From: Gammaproteobacteria bacterium
GTDB taxonomy: Bacteria; Pseudomonadota; Gammaproteobacteria; Ga0077536
Length of the DNA: 64,000 bases
Assembly: GCA_963662545.2 (NCBI GenBank)
Contig: CAXXLL010000002.1
Coordinates: 2,208,001 to 2,272,000 of the forward strand
Reading direction: 5' to 3'
Shown: piece by piece, positions 18,367-26,720 of the stretch
Layout of the letters: each line of letters opens with the position of its first letter
Numbering within the stretch: position 1 is the first letter of the stretch
Position numbers and translations under genes: made by a program
The notes under the pieces: generated by a model
The model's database searches: none
Seen by the model: the letters and a program-made list of their open reading frames with translations, nothing else
What the model was told of the DNA's origin: nothing

Positions 18367-19063
18367 TCAATCCGTGCTCATCGCGAGCACGCGACTGACA
18401 GTGGTGAGATCACGGCCCGACTCTTCGCACCAGCTATTCACGGCCCGACTCTTCGCACCAGCTATTAAAGGCTTGCTGCACCGCTGCCATGTCGCGCTTG
18501 GCGGTCGGTGATTTCGTCACGATAGCTTCGGCAATGAGGACTTTCACGACATCGCGCGCCAGCACGAACGAATCCTTACCCATGCGACGCAAAAAATACT
18601 GCGCCGAGCTACCGCCCATACGGCTCGCGCGTTTTTTCAAGACCTCGAGGAGGCCGACGTAATCGTGCGATGGGTGGGTGGCGAAAAACTTCGCCGCGCT
18701 GCCGTGTTCCGCCGCAAGATCGAGCATGAAGGTTGCGTTTTCGCGCGTTGACAGGATCTTTTTGTGGTGCCGTATGATCGCCGGATCCATTACCAGGCGC
18801 TCGATGTCTTCATCCGAAAGGTAGGCGACTGCGTGGGGATCGAAGCCTTTGAATACGCGTTCAAAATCGGGCCATTTGTTCTCAACTACGCGCCACACGA
18901 AGCCCGCCTGAAAAACGCCCTTCGTCATTTCCGCCAACCAGCGATCGTCCGTTATCCGCGCGAGTACCGCTTTAGATTTAGGCTTGGGGATCTGCGCTTC
19001 AAGAGCTTTCACACCGCCCTTGCGCGCCGCAGCACGGTCATATAGTTCGGCAAAACTACGCAT
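18367..19063 (-). pseudogene. DNA-3-methyladenine glycosylase I family protein, C-terminus truncated by a 28-bp duplication
   Basis: VFQAGFVWRVVENKWPDFERVFKGFDP and IIRHHKKI motifs. The current stop is at 18434. Removing one repeat unit restores ...ESGRDLTTVSRVLAMSTD* ending at 18367. Confidence 0.8.
18411..18466. repeat. Perfect 28-bp tandem duplication
   Basis: CACGGCCCGACTCTTCGCACCAGCTATT at 18411-18438 and 18439-18466. Confidence 0.95.
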
Positions 19064-19083
19064 GGCTTACGATTCGAATCGCT

Positions 19084-19830
19084 TCAACGATGGAGCCCAC
19101 CGTCGATGACGAACTCACTGTTGGTGCAATACGCGCTTTCGTCGGATGCGAGAAACAAAACCAGGTTCGCCACCTCGTCCGGTTCGGCGGTACGTCCCAG
19201 CGGGATCAAGCGCTTGATGCGGTCGAGTTTGCCAGCGATGACGGCTGGCGTCTGCTGCATCATGTCGGTCTCGATGAATCCCGGATGCACTGAGTTAACG
19301 CGCACGCCGTGGCGGCCGAGTTCCTGGGCGGCGTATTTTGTCATGCCGCGCACCGCCCACTTACTCGCTCCGTAAGCGAACGCGGCGGCACTACCCTCCA
19401 TGCCGCCCAACGACGAGATATTGATGATGGAACCGCGCCCGGCCGCGCACATGTGTGCGGCGACAGCCTTCATGCCGAGAAAGACGCCCGTTTGGTTGAC
19501 GGCGATGACGCGCTCGTAAACGTGGAGCGCAGTTTCTGTCATACGTGCGATGTTGAAGATGCCGGCGTTGTTGACGAGGACATCGATCTGTTCATGCGCC
19601 GCCATCACGGCAGCGACGACTGTATTCCAATCCGTCTCACTCGCGACGTCGTGGGTCATGAAGGTCGCGCCTGTCTCTTGCGCGAGTTCGCGCCCTTCAT
19701 CCTCGAGTACATCGGTAGCGAACACGGTCGCACCCTCATTAATGAACAAGCGTGCTTCGACCGCGCCCTGGCCCTTGGCGCCGCCCGTAATCAACGCGAC
19801 CTTGCCTTCGAGTCGACCCACCTCAGGCAT
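19084..19830 (-). CDS. Short-chain dehydrogenase/reductase (3-alpha,20-beta-HSD-like)
   Basis: TGGAKGQG, NNAG, YGASKWAVRGMTK and NSVHPG motifs. The start overlaps the upstream stop. Confidence 0.92.
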   Translation of the reverse strand: MPEVGRLEGKVALITGGAKGQGAVEARLFINEGATVFATDVLEDEGRELAQETGATFMTHDVASETDWNTVVAAVMAAHEQIDVLVNNAGIFNIARMTETALHVYERVIAVNQTGVFLGMKAVAAHMCAAGRGSIINISSLGGMEGSAAAFAYGASKWAVRGMTKYAAQELGRHGVRVNSVHPGFIETDMMQQTPAVIAGKLDRIKRLIPLGRTAEPDEVANLVLFLASDESAYCTNSEFVIDGGLHR

Positions 19831-20608
19831 CCAGAAATGCCAGCACGCGTTCGGCCACCGCATCGGGTTGGTCGAGTTCGGCGAGGTGCCCCGCGCCTGC
19901 GATCTCGTCGATCGTGGCCGCACCGGGTACGCCCCGCGCGAAGCGGTCCAGATAAGACGCCGGCATAACCCGGTCCTCCGATCCACGCAGCAGGAGCACC
20001 GGACACTCGATGCGCCCCAGGCGCTTGGCGAGCCCCGTATTGCCGTTTGGAAAGAGATAACGCGCGTGCGCTGCGAGTGCCCGCATTTGTTCGACCTTCC
20101 ATTCCATCGGATCGGCATCGTCCGGCTGCTCGATGAACGCTTTATAGATCTCGCGATCGGCACACATCAAATCGCTCAAATGACCGGGCCGCTGCGCCCA
20201 AATGTCGGCGCTCGGATCGACAGCGTCGAACAGACCGAACGGCGCCAGCAAAACCAACCGGCGCACCAGTCCCGGCCACACACCGGCCGCATCGGCCGCG
20301 AGCGCGCCCGACACGGAGACCGCCATCAAGTCGGCCCCCTCGAGACCGGCGGCGAGGAGTACGTCGCGTGTCGCGAGCAGCCAATCGAAGATCGTATCGA
20401 GCTCGTCGTGTCCCGCAGCACCGGGGAATCCAGGCAGCGATGGTGCGATCACCGTGCGCTGTTCCGCCATTCGATCGAGAAACGCCGTCCACTTTGGAAG
20501 ACCGCCGACACCCGGCAGGAACCCGAGCGGCTCGCCCGCACCCTTGCGCCACACCCGGCTGTCATGTCCGTTCACGCGGACCGTGTCCGCTTGGAGCGCT
20601 GCGGTCAT
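19823..20608 (-). CDS. Alpha/beta fold hydrolase
   Basis: APSLPGF, AVSVSG nucleophile elbow, GSEDRV and GAGH. ATGA overlap with the upstream gene. Confidence 0.88.
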   Translation of the reverse strand: MTAALQADTVRVNGHDSRVWRKGAGEPLGFLPGVGGLPKWTAFLDRMAEQRTVIAPSLPGFPGAAGHDELDTIFDWLLATRDVLLAAGLEGADLMAVSVSGALAADAAGVWPGLVRRLVLLAPFGLFDAVDPSADIWAQRPGHLSDLMCADREIYKAFIEQPDDADPMEWKVEQMRALAAHARYLFPNGNTGLAKRLGRIECPVLLLRGSEDRVMPASYLDRFARGVPGAATIDEIAGAGHLAELDQPDAVAERVLAFLDA

Positions 20609-21861
20609 GCAGCAGCCTCCACGCCCGCCCTGCCGGACGCCGCCATCGGCTTGATCCACCAATGATCTTCCCACTGATCATCGAACAGGTCGCGGATCTG
20701 CGGGATCACCTTTTCGGCAAAGAGACCGGTGTTGTACTTCACGAGATCCTTGCCCATGTTACCGAACTGCATCAGAAGCATCAGGTGGCCAACGCCGAGG
20801 TCCAACGCGATCTCGCGTAATTTTTCTGCCACTTCGTCCGGGCTGCCTACGATCACATAGCCGTTGTCCACGATGCCTTCGAAATCGGTCGCGCTCTGCC
20901 GGATCGAAGGGCCCCCGCCCGCCGACACTTTCGCGGCGAGCTGCATCTGGCTTTCGACACGCGCGCGGATGGTGGCCTCGGTCATGTACCCGGGTGGCAC
21001 GACCCAGCGCGGATCGACGTGCAGGGAACGGCCGTAGAAATACTCGGCGGGCTCGCGGTAGAGCTTCATCGCCTCCGCGCGTGTCTCAGCAACGCCCACG
21101 AATTGGAGGAAACCGGCGCGATAGGGATTGCTGTCCTTGCCCAGGCGCTCCATCTCCGCCCAGTAGCCGTGCATCTGTTCACGCGCGAGCTTGTAGCCGA
21201 AATAGGACAGAAAGCAGTAGACATAATCGTTCTCGGCACAATAGTGCCAGGTTTCGACCGAGCCGCCGCCCGGGATCCAAACGGGCGGATGCGGGACCTG
21301 GACGGGGCGCGGCCAGATATTGACGTAGCGCTGCTGGTTGAAACGCCCGTCGTAGCTGAAAACGGCGTCCGCCGTCCACGCCCGCAGAATGAAATCGACC
21401 GCTTCAAAATACCGCTGGCGCAGCATGCTCGGGTTCTGTCCATAGGCGAAGCAGGTGTCTTGGGGGCTGCCGACCGGAAAGCCGGCGATCACTCGCCCGC
21501 CGGAGATGCAGTCGATCATCGCCATTTCCTCGGCCACCCGGGTCGGTGGATTGTAGAGCGCGATGGAGTTCCCCAAAATGCAGAGCGCCGCGTCCCGTGT
21601 GCTGCGGGCGAGCGCCATCGCGATCAGATTCGGCGACGGCATCAGACCGTAGCCATTGGAGTGATGTTCGTTGACGCAGACGGCGTCGAATCCCACTTCG
21701 GCTGCGTATTCGAGTTCGTCGATGAACTCGTTGTACATGTGGTGGCCGCGCGCCGGGTCGAACAAGCCCGGGTCGATATCGATCCACACAGAGGAATTTT
21801 TCTCCTGAAAATCCTCCGGGAGTTCCGTGTACGGCATGAGGTGGAACCACATCAGTTTCAT
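20605..21861 (-). CDS. LLM class flavin-dependent oxidoreductase/monooxygenase
   Basis: GFDAVCVNEHH, PTRVAEEMAMIDCISGGR, WPRPVQVPHPPVW and VGSPDEV motifs. Confidence 0.92.
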   Translation of the reverse strand: MKLMWFHLMPYTELPEDFQEKNSSVWIDIDPGLFDPARGHHMYNEFIDELEYAAEVGFDAVCVNEHHSNGYGLMPSPNLIAMALARSTRDAALCILGNSIALYNPPTRVAEEMAMIDCISGGRVIAGFPVGSPQDTCFAYGQNPSMLRQRYFEAVDFILRAWTADAVFSYDGRFNQQRYVNIWPRPVQVPHPPVWIPGGGSVETWHYCAENDYVYCFLSYFGYKLAREQMHGYWAEMERLGKDSNPYRAGFLQFVGVAETRAEAMKLYREPAEYFYGRSLHVDPRWVVPPGYMTEATIRARVESQMQLAAKVSAGGGPSIRQSATDFEGIVDNGYVIVGSPDEVAEKLREIALDLGVGHLMLLMQFGNMGKDLVKYNTGLFAEKVIPQIRDLFDDQWEDHWWIKPMAASGRAGVEAAA

Positions 21862-22107
21862 CGGTTTACTCCGTTACAAAACCCAGTGTGCTGCCCCTTA
21901 GTGATCGTCATACGACTCACGCAGGGCTCGTGCCGCGATACCAGGCGCTAGCGGGCTTTGTATCGGCGGCACGGCCAGGGTCGCAAAGCCTTTGCGCGGC
22001 GCGGGGAACCCCGAATTATGAAGGTTTATTGCGGGACAGCATACCCGGAGAATGACCGTGACCAGCCGCGTGCGGCGCGTTTTAGACCTTCGTTCTGAAC
22101 CCTCGTC

Positions 22108-22135
22108 TTGACAAATCATGATATGTCATGACAAT
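22108..22135 (+). promoter_or_regulatory. Sigma70-type promoter with overlapping TCATGA operators (TA autoregulation)
   Basis: TTGACA at 22108-22113 and GACAAT at 22130-22135. TCATGA occurs at 22116 and 22126, the second inside the palindrome TGTCATGACA. Confidence 0.65.
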
Positions 22136-22142
22136 GGTCTTC

Positions 22143-22355
22143 ATGGCGATGATCAAGATCAGTTCGAAGGTAGACGAGGGGACCTGGCGCGCATTGCAGG
22201 CCTTGGCGCGGGACACGCATCAGAGCATTTCGGGGCTGCTGACCGAAGCGGTGCAGTTGTATTTGCAGAACCGCGCCGTGCGGCCGGCGGTGATGGTCCG
22301 ACTCGAAGCCTCGATCAACGACAATGCGGAACTCGGGCACCTCCTCGCCCGTTGA
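22143..22355 (+). CDS. Ribbon-helix-helix-like antitoxin
   Basis: Small protein (IKISSKVDEGTWRALQALA...ISGLLTEAV) directly upstream of a Doc-like gene. Confidence 0.7.
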   Translation: MAMIKISSKVDEGTWRALQALARDTHQSISGLLTEAVQLYLQNRAVRPAVMVRLEASINDNAELGHLLAR

Positions 22356-22737
22356 GCCGGTTCGCCACCTCTCGGTGGAGGAAGTCGTCGCGATTCACGC
22401 GCGCATGCTCGACCGCTTTGGCGGAACGCCGGGGCTCGGCGATCCCGGCCTCCTGGAAAGCGCCCTCTTCCGCCCGCAAACGGGTCACTACGGAGATGTG
22501 GTCACGATGGGCGCGGCGCTGTTGGAATCCCTGCTCATCAACCGGCCGTTCGACGACGGTAATACCCGTACGGCGTTTTTCGCCGTCGACGTTTTCCTGC
22601 GCATGAACGGCCAGCAGATCCGTGCCGACGCTCAAGATGCCCATCGATCGCTCGTCGAGCTTATAGAAGGGCAGAGCGCCGACTTAAAGCGTCTCGAACC
22701 CTGGTTGCGACAGTACACGGTGAAAATGCACCGATGA
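22324..22737 (+). CDS. Doc/Fic-family toxin with degenerate active site
   Basis: LSVEEVVAIH and GLLESALFRPQ motifs. The catalytic motif reads NRPFDDGNTR rather than HPFxDGNKR. The start codon is uncertain. Confidence 0.82.
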   Translation: MRNSGTSSPVEPVRHLSVEEVVAIHARMLDRFGGTPGLGDPGLLESALFRPQTGHYGDVVTMGAALLESLLINRPFDDGNTRTAFFAVDVFLRMNGQQIRADAQDAHRSLVELIEGQSADLKRLEPWLRQYTVKMHR

Positions 22738-22813
22738 CGGCGGGGATAACGACCATTCGCCCGCAAGCGGGCGAACAAAGCGCTGAGCGTCGCTCAACAC
22801 ATCACCTCACCGC

Positions 22814-24016
22814 TCACCGATCGCCCGACGCCAGCAGACCCGCCTCGACCTGCGCGGCCACTGTAGCCTGGTCCCAACCCAGAACCTCCTCCAGGACGGC
22901 CTCATTGTGTTGTCCGAGAAGCGGCGCAACGCCGGCTGAATAATCCTGCTGCGAGGAGAACCTCAGGGGAAAGCCCGGCAATTTCATCTCGCCCAGAACG
23001 GGGTCGGTGACCGTGCGAATGGTGCCCCGCCCTTCGAAGTATTCGTGCCCCAGGGCGTCCAGCGGACTCAACACGGGCGCGCTAGGCACGCGGTTTTCCT
23101 CCAGTACATCAAGCGCGGCCTGGTCGTTCGGAAAGGTCTGCAACCAGGCCTCGACGAGGGGAATGAGTTCATTTTGATTTTTGGCACGGGATTCGAGCGA
23201 ATCGAAACGCGGGTCGTTTTCCAGCTCGGGCTGGCCGAGCGCCTTGCACATGCCGGCCCACTGCCCCGGCGTGACCAGGATGGCCACATAACCCTGATGA
23301 GCCTTGAACACGCCACAGGGACACAACAGCGTGTGGTGCCGCCCCATACGTTTCGGCACAAATTCGCCGTCGGTCAGTTGGTGAACCTGAAGATTGACTT
23401 CATGGAGGTGAAAGAGCGAATCGATCATCGAAATGTCCATGTACTGCCCTTCACCCGTCCGTTCGCGGTGAAAGAGTGCATACCCGATGGACGCGAATGC
23501 ATGCACGCCGGTCGAGATATCCGCCATGCCGACGCCGACCGGGTGCGGCGGACCGTCGGCGGGCCCAGTCATGTGCATGATGCCGGCGAAGGCTTGGGCG
23601 ATCCAATCGAAGCCCGTCTTGTGCGCTAGCGGGCCGGTGCGGCCGAACGCGGACACCGACGCCATGATCAGTTTCGCATTGATCTTCAACAGCGAGTCGA
23701 AATCCCAGCCGCGCCGCTGCATGACGCCTGGACCGAAGTTCTCGACGACCACGTCGACTTGCTCGACTAGGTCGTGAATGAGCGCATCGGCGTCGCCGTG
23801 ATTTAGATCGACGCAAAGGCTCCGCTTGCCGAGATTCTGCTGTACGAAGTAGCCGCTGCGTCCGTCCTTGATCGCGGGCAGCAGCCGCGCCGGATCTCCG
23901 AGCGGTGCGCGTTCGATCTTGATGATGTCGGCGCCCATCTCAGCCATCAGCCGGGTGACCGTCGGACCGGCCAGGTATTGGGTGAAATCCAGGACACGAA
24001 TTCCTTTGAGTATCAT
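22814..24016 (-). CDS. Family III (CaiB/BaiF) CoA-transferase
   Basis: LKGIRVLDFTQYLAGP, GADIIKIE, DVVVENFGPG and APLLGQHN motifs. Confidence 0.94.
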   Translation of the reverse strand: MILKGIRVLDFTQYLAGPTVTRLMAEMGADIIKIERAPLGDPARLLPAIKDGRSGYFVQQNLGKRSLCVDLNHGDADALIHDLVEQVDVVVENFGPGVMQRRGWDFDSLLKINAKLIMASVSAFGRTGPLAHKTGFDWIAQAFAGIMHMTGPADGPPHPVGVGMADISTGVHAFASIGYALFHRERTGEGQYMDISMIDSLFHLHEVNLQVHQLTDGEFVPKRMGRHHTLLCPCGVFKAHQGYVAILVTPGQWAGMCKALGQPELENDPRFDSLESRAKNQNELIPLVEAWLQTFPNDQAALDVLEENRVPSAPVLSPLDALGHEYFEGRGTIRTVTDPVLGEMKLPGFPLRFSSQQDYSAGVAPLLGQHNEAVLEEVLGWDQATVAAQVEAGLLASGDR

Positions 24017-24166
24017 GTTGCGGACCCTATACGATTCTTAACAGTAGACAATTATTCACCGTTTACCGTCTACGGAGCCAGGGGTGTTCTGAAATTTCTG
24101 ATACGCATCACGGGGAATCGTGATATATGGTTTTCAGTGCGACGGGTTTCGGAGGTCGAGATTGCC

Positions 24167-24637
24167 GTGGACACACTCAATCATATTCTGCTGGCTACGG
24201 ATGGCTCGGATCACGCTTTGCATGCCGCGCGGTTCGCCGGCATGCTGTCCCGCTCTACCGGCACGGACGTGACGATAGTATCGGTGCACAACGACGATGC
24301 CGTGATGCTCAATGCCATGGGCCCGGCGATCTGGCCGGCGACCGTAGCTTATTCGTCAATGACGGTTGAAGAGATCCGTAATACCGTCGAAGAAAACGCG
24401 GCGCAAACCATCCTGCCCGCAACCGAAAAGGCCTGCGGCGACGGCGCGAAGATCAAGGACAAGGTGCAGCTCTGGGGGCAGGTGGCGGAAAAGATCTGCG
24501 AATATGCCGACGATAATCAGGTCGATCTGATCGTCCTTGGTACGCGCGGTCAATCGACCTTTTCCAAGCTCCTGCTCGGCAGCGTCAGCACGCAGGTCAC
24601 CAATCACGCCCACTGCCCCGTCACGCTCGTTCGCTGA
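24167..24637 (+). CDS. Universal stress protein
   Basis: ILLATDGS and DLIVLGTRG..LLGSVS..HAHCPV motifs. GGAGG precedes GTG 24167. Confidence 0.92.
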   Translation: MDTLNHILLATDGSDHALHAARFAGMLSRSTGTDVTIVSVHNDDAVMLNAMGPAIWPATVAYSSMTVEEIRNTVEENAAQTILPATEKACGDGAKIKDKVQLWGQVAEKICEYADDNQVDLIVLGTRGQSTFSKLLLGSVSTQVTNHAHCPVTLVR

Positions 24638-24680
24638 CGGCGTTCCGGCGGGGAGACGCCGCCGCACACGGGACCTCGGG

Positions 24681-26108
24681 TCAAATCTTCGGCCGCGTAC
24701 CGCGCCAGGGTCGTGCTTTCTCGAACGCCGCAGCGATTTGAAAAACCGTCGGGTCATCAAAGGTACGCCCGACGATCTGCATACCGGTCGGCATGCGGTC
24801 GTCACCGAAACCGCTTGGTACGCTCATCACCGGGCACCAGGCCATGCTGTTGAAACACCAGGTCATCGCCCAGCCGACGTAGTTGCTGACCAGTTGACCG
24901 TTGATCCTGAGGTCGGTGCCCATGTCGTCGTGCTCGACCGGCAGGCTCGAGATCGCGAGGGTCGGACAGATCAAGGCGTCATACTTCTCGAGAATCGGCC
25001 CCAGCGTCTGCCACTGCTCATAACGCCCGGCGTTCGTGTTGTAGAAGCGATCGGCGCTGTGATGGAGACCGTTTTCCGCAATCTGTGCGCACCATGGCGT
25101 CATTTCGTATTTCCAGCGCGGCAGCAGGTCACCGACCAGGCCGCCGAAGGCACCCTCCCATCGCGTCATCCAAGTGTCGAGCGCACCCCAGTTCCAGCCG
25201 ACGTCGACCTCTACGACTTTCGCGCCGAGCCGTTTCAGCGTGCTGGCCGCCGCGCGGAGGTTCTTCTCGACGTCCGGCGCGACCTCGAAGAAACCGAGAT
25301 CGACTGACAGGGCGATCTTCAAACCGCGGATCGATTCGAAGGTCTCCGGCAGCACCTGTTTTTCGCGGAGCGAACACATATCGACGACGTGCTGCCCCGA
25401 CATCACGTTTTGCATGAGCGCCGCATCGCCGACGCTGCGTACGATGGGCCCGTAATGCAGGAGATTTTCGAGCGGGTGCTCGCGGTCCATGGGATTGCGC
25501 CCGAACGGCGGTTTATAGCCGACGCAACCCGCGAAACTCGCGGGGATGCGACATGAGCCACCGCCATCCGTGCCATCGGCAATCGTGGTCAGGCCGCCGG
25601 CGATAGAGGCGCTCGCCCCGCCCGAAGAACCACCGGGCGTGCACTTCGTGTTCCAGGGATTACGGGTAATCCCCCACAACGGGCTCTTGGTGACACCGGA
25701 ATGGGCAAATTCCGGGGTCGTCGTCCGGGCGAAGAGGATTGCGCCCGCTTTCAGCAACCGCTCGACCGTGGGCGCGGTATTATCCGGGCGGTTATTTTCG
25801 AACGCCTTGGACCCGTAGGTCGTGATCTCGCCCTTGACCGAATGGAAATCCTTGATGGAAACGGGAATCCCTTCGAGCGGACGTACACGTGCGCCTTTTG
25901 ATTTCTTGTATTTCGCTTCCGCCTGGCGCGCTTCTTTCAAAGCCCGGTCAAAAAATGTGTAGGTGGTCGCGTTGAGCTTTTCCCCGATTTCCGTATTTCT
26001 CTGGATCAGCGCTTTGCACAAAGCGACCGGCGACAATTCGCGGGATTTAAATTTCGAGAGTGCCTCGGTTGCGCTTAGGTAACAAAGCTCCAGATCGGCC
26101 TTCTTCAT
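24681..26108 (-). CDS. Amidase signature family enzyme
   Basis: GIPVSIKD, TPGGSSGG and GTDGGGSCRIPAS motifs. Confidence 0.94.
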   Translation of the reverse strand: MKKADLELCYLSATEALSKFKSRELSPVALCKALIQRNTEIGEKLNATTYTFFDRALKEARQAEAKYKKSKGARVRPLEGIPVSIKDFHSVKGEITTYGSKAFENNRPDNTAPTVERLLKAGAILFARTTTPEFAHSGVTKSPLWGITRNPWNTKCTPGGSSGGASASIAGGLTTIADGTDGGGSCRIPASFAGCVGYKPPFGRNPMDREHPLENLLHYGPIVRSVGDAALMQNVMSGQHVVDMCSLREKQVLPETFESIRGLKIALSVDLGFFEVAPDVEKNLRAAASTLKRLGAKVVEVDVGWNWGALDTWMTRWEGAFGGLVGDLLPRWKYEMTPWCAQIAENGLHHSADRFYNTNAGRYEQWQTLGPILEKYDALICPTLAISSLPVEHDDMGTDLRINGQLVSNYVGWAMTWCFNSMAWCPVMSVPSGFGDDRMPTGMQIVGRTFDDPTVFQIAAAFEKARPWRGTRPKI

Positions 26109-26327
26109 ATCAGTCCCCCTTCGATTCGGCTTGATTGGCGTTATTCACGGGCACCGAATCGTAACGACAGTATATGACACCGAGGCGCACCACCGCCTGC
26201 CTCGAGACCCCCTCGGATGCACCCGCCGATGGGGATGTAAATGCCGTTTGCATCCGGTCCGGATGAATGTCTAGCGGCCTCGGCAGTACGCATCCGCCAA
26301 TCGCCCCCAGAAACGGTCGTTTCCAAG

Positions 26328-26540
26328 ATATTTAATTTAGATTAATTATATGATTTAACAATTTAATTAATATAGTTATTTATCTCTTTTATTTTACCAG
26401 TAATTACGAGTACTCATTTTGAATAATCTCTAGTATTCAATGGCTTGAATTTACACTCAGCATTATCTAATATTAAGCTAATTTTATATATATAATACAT
26501 ATATTTATAAAAGTTATTTAATGTTATTTATATGATTTGC
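26328..26540. other. Extremely AT-rich intergenic tract (~210 bp)
   Basis: Long A/T runs (e.g. TTTTATATATATAATACATATATTTATAAAAGTTATTTAATG) with sharp boundaries in a GC-rich background. Confidence 0.9.
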
Positions 26541-26557
26541 GTATGGGCTCACGGCAC

Positions 26558-26671
26558 CCCCTGGATGACCTTCAGGGCACCCAATGCCCTGTCGGTCAGC
26601 CCTGGGTGGCGACCACCGGAGAGTCCGCCGGCTCAAGTCTTGAGTACAGGGCTGGATCGGCGTGGCGGCAT
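26558..26671 (+). ncRNA. Putative structured non-coding element (multi-branch junction), family unknown
   Basis: Closing stem CAGCCCTG/CAGGGCTG is extended by GTCGGT/ATCGGC and ATGCC/GGCAT. It encloses hairpins GGTGG/CCACC, GGA/TCC and GCTCAA/TTGAGT. A TATGAT box sits at 26531. The strand is inferred. Confidence 0.4.
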
Positions 26672-26720
26672 CACCACATAGCTTTGAGACGGGTTTGAAA
26701 AACAGGTTCCGCGTGTTCGT

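Noticed and set aside
26543-26680. tRNA-Sec, tmRNA or 6S RNA
   Set aside because: No TTCRA T-loop, no UCA anticodon arm and no acceptor stem despite the CACCA. No 6S central-bubble consensus is recognisable.
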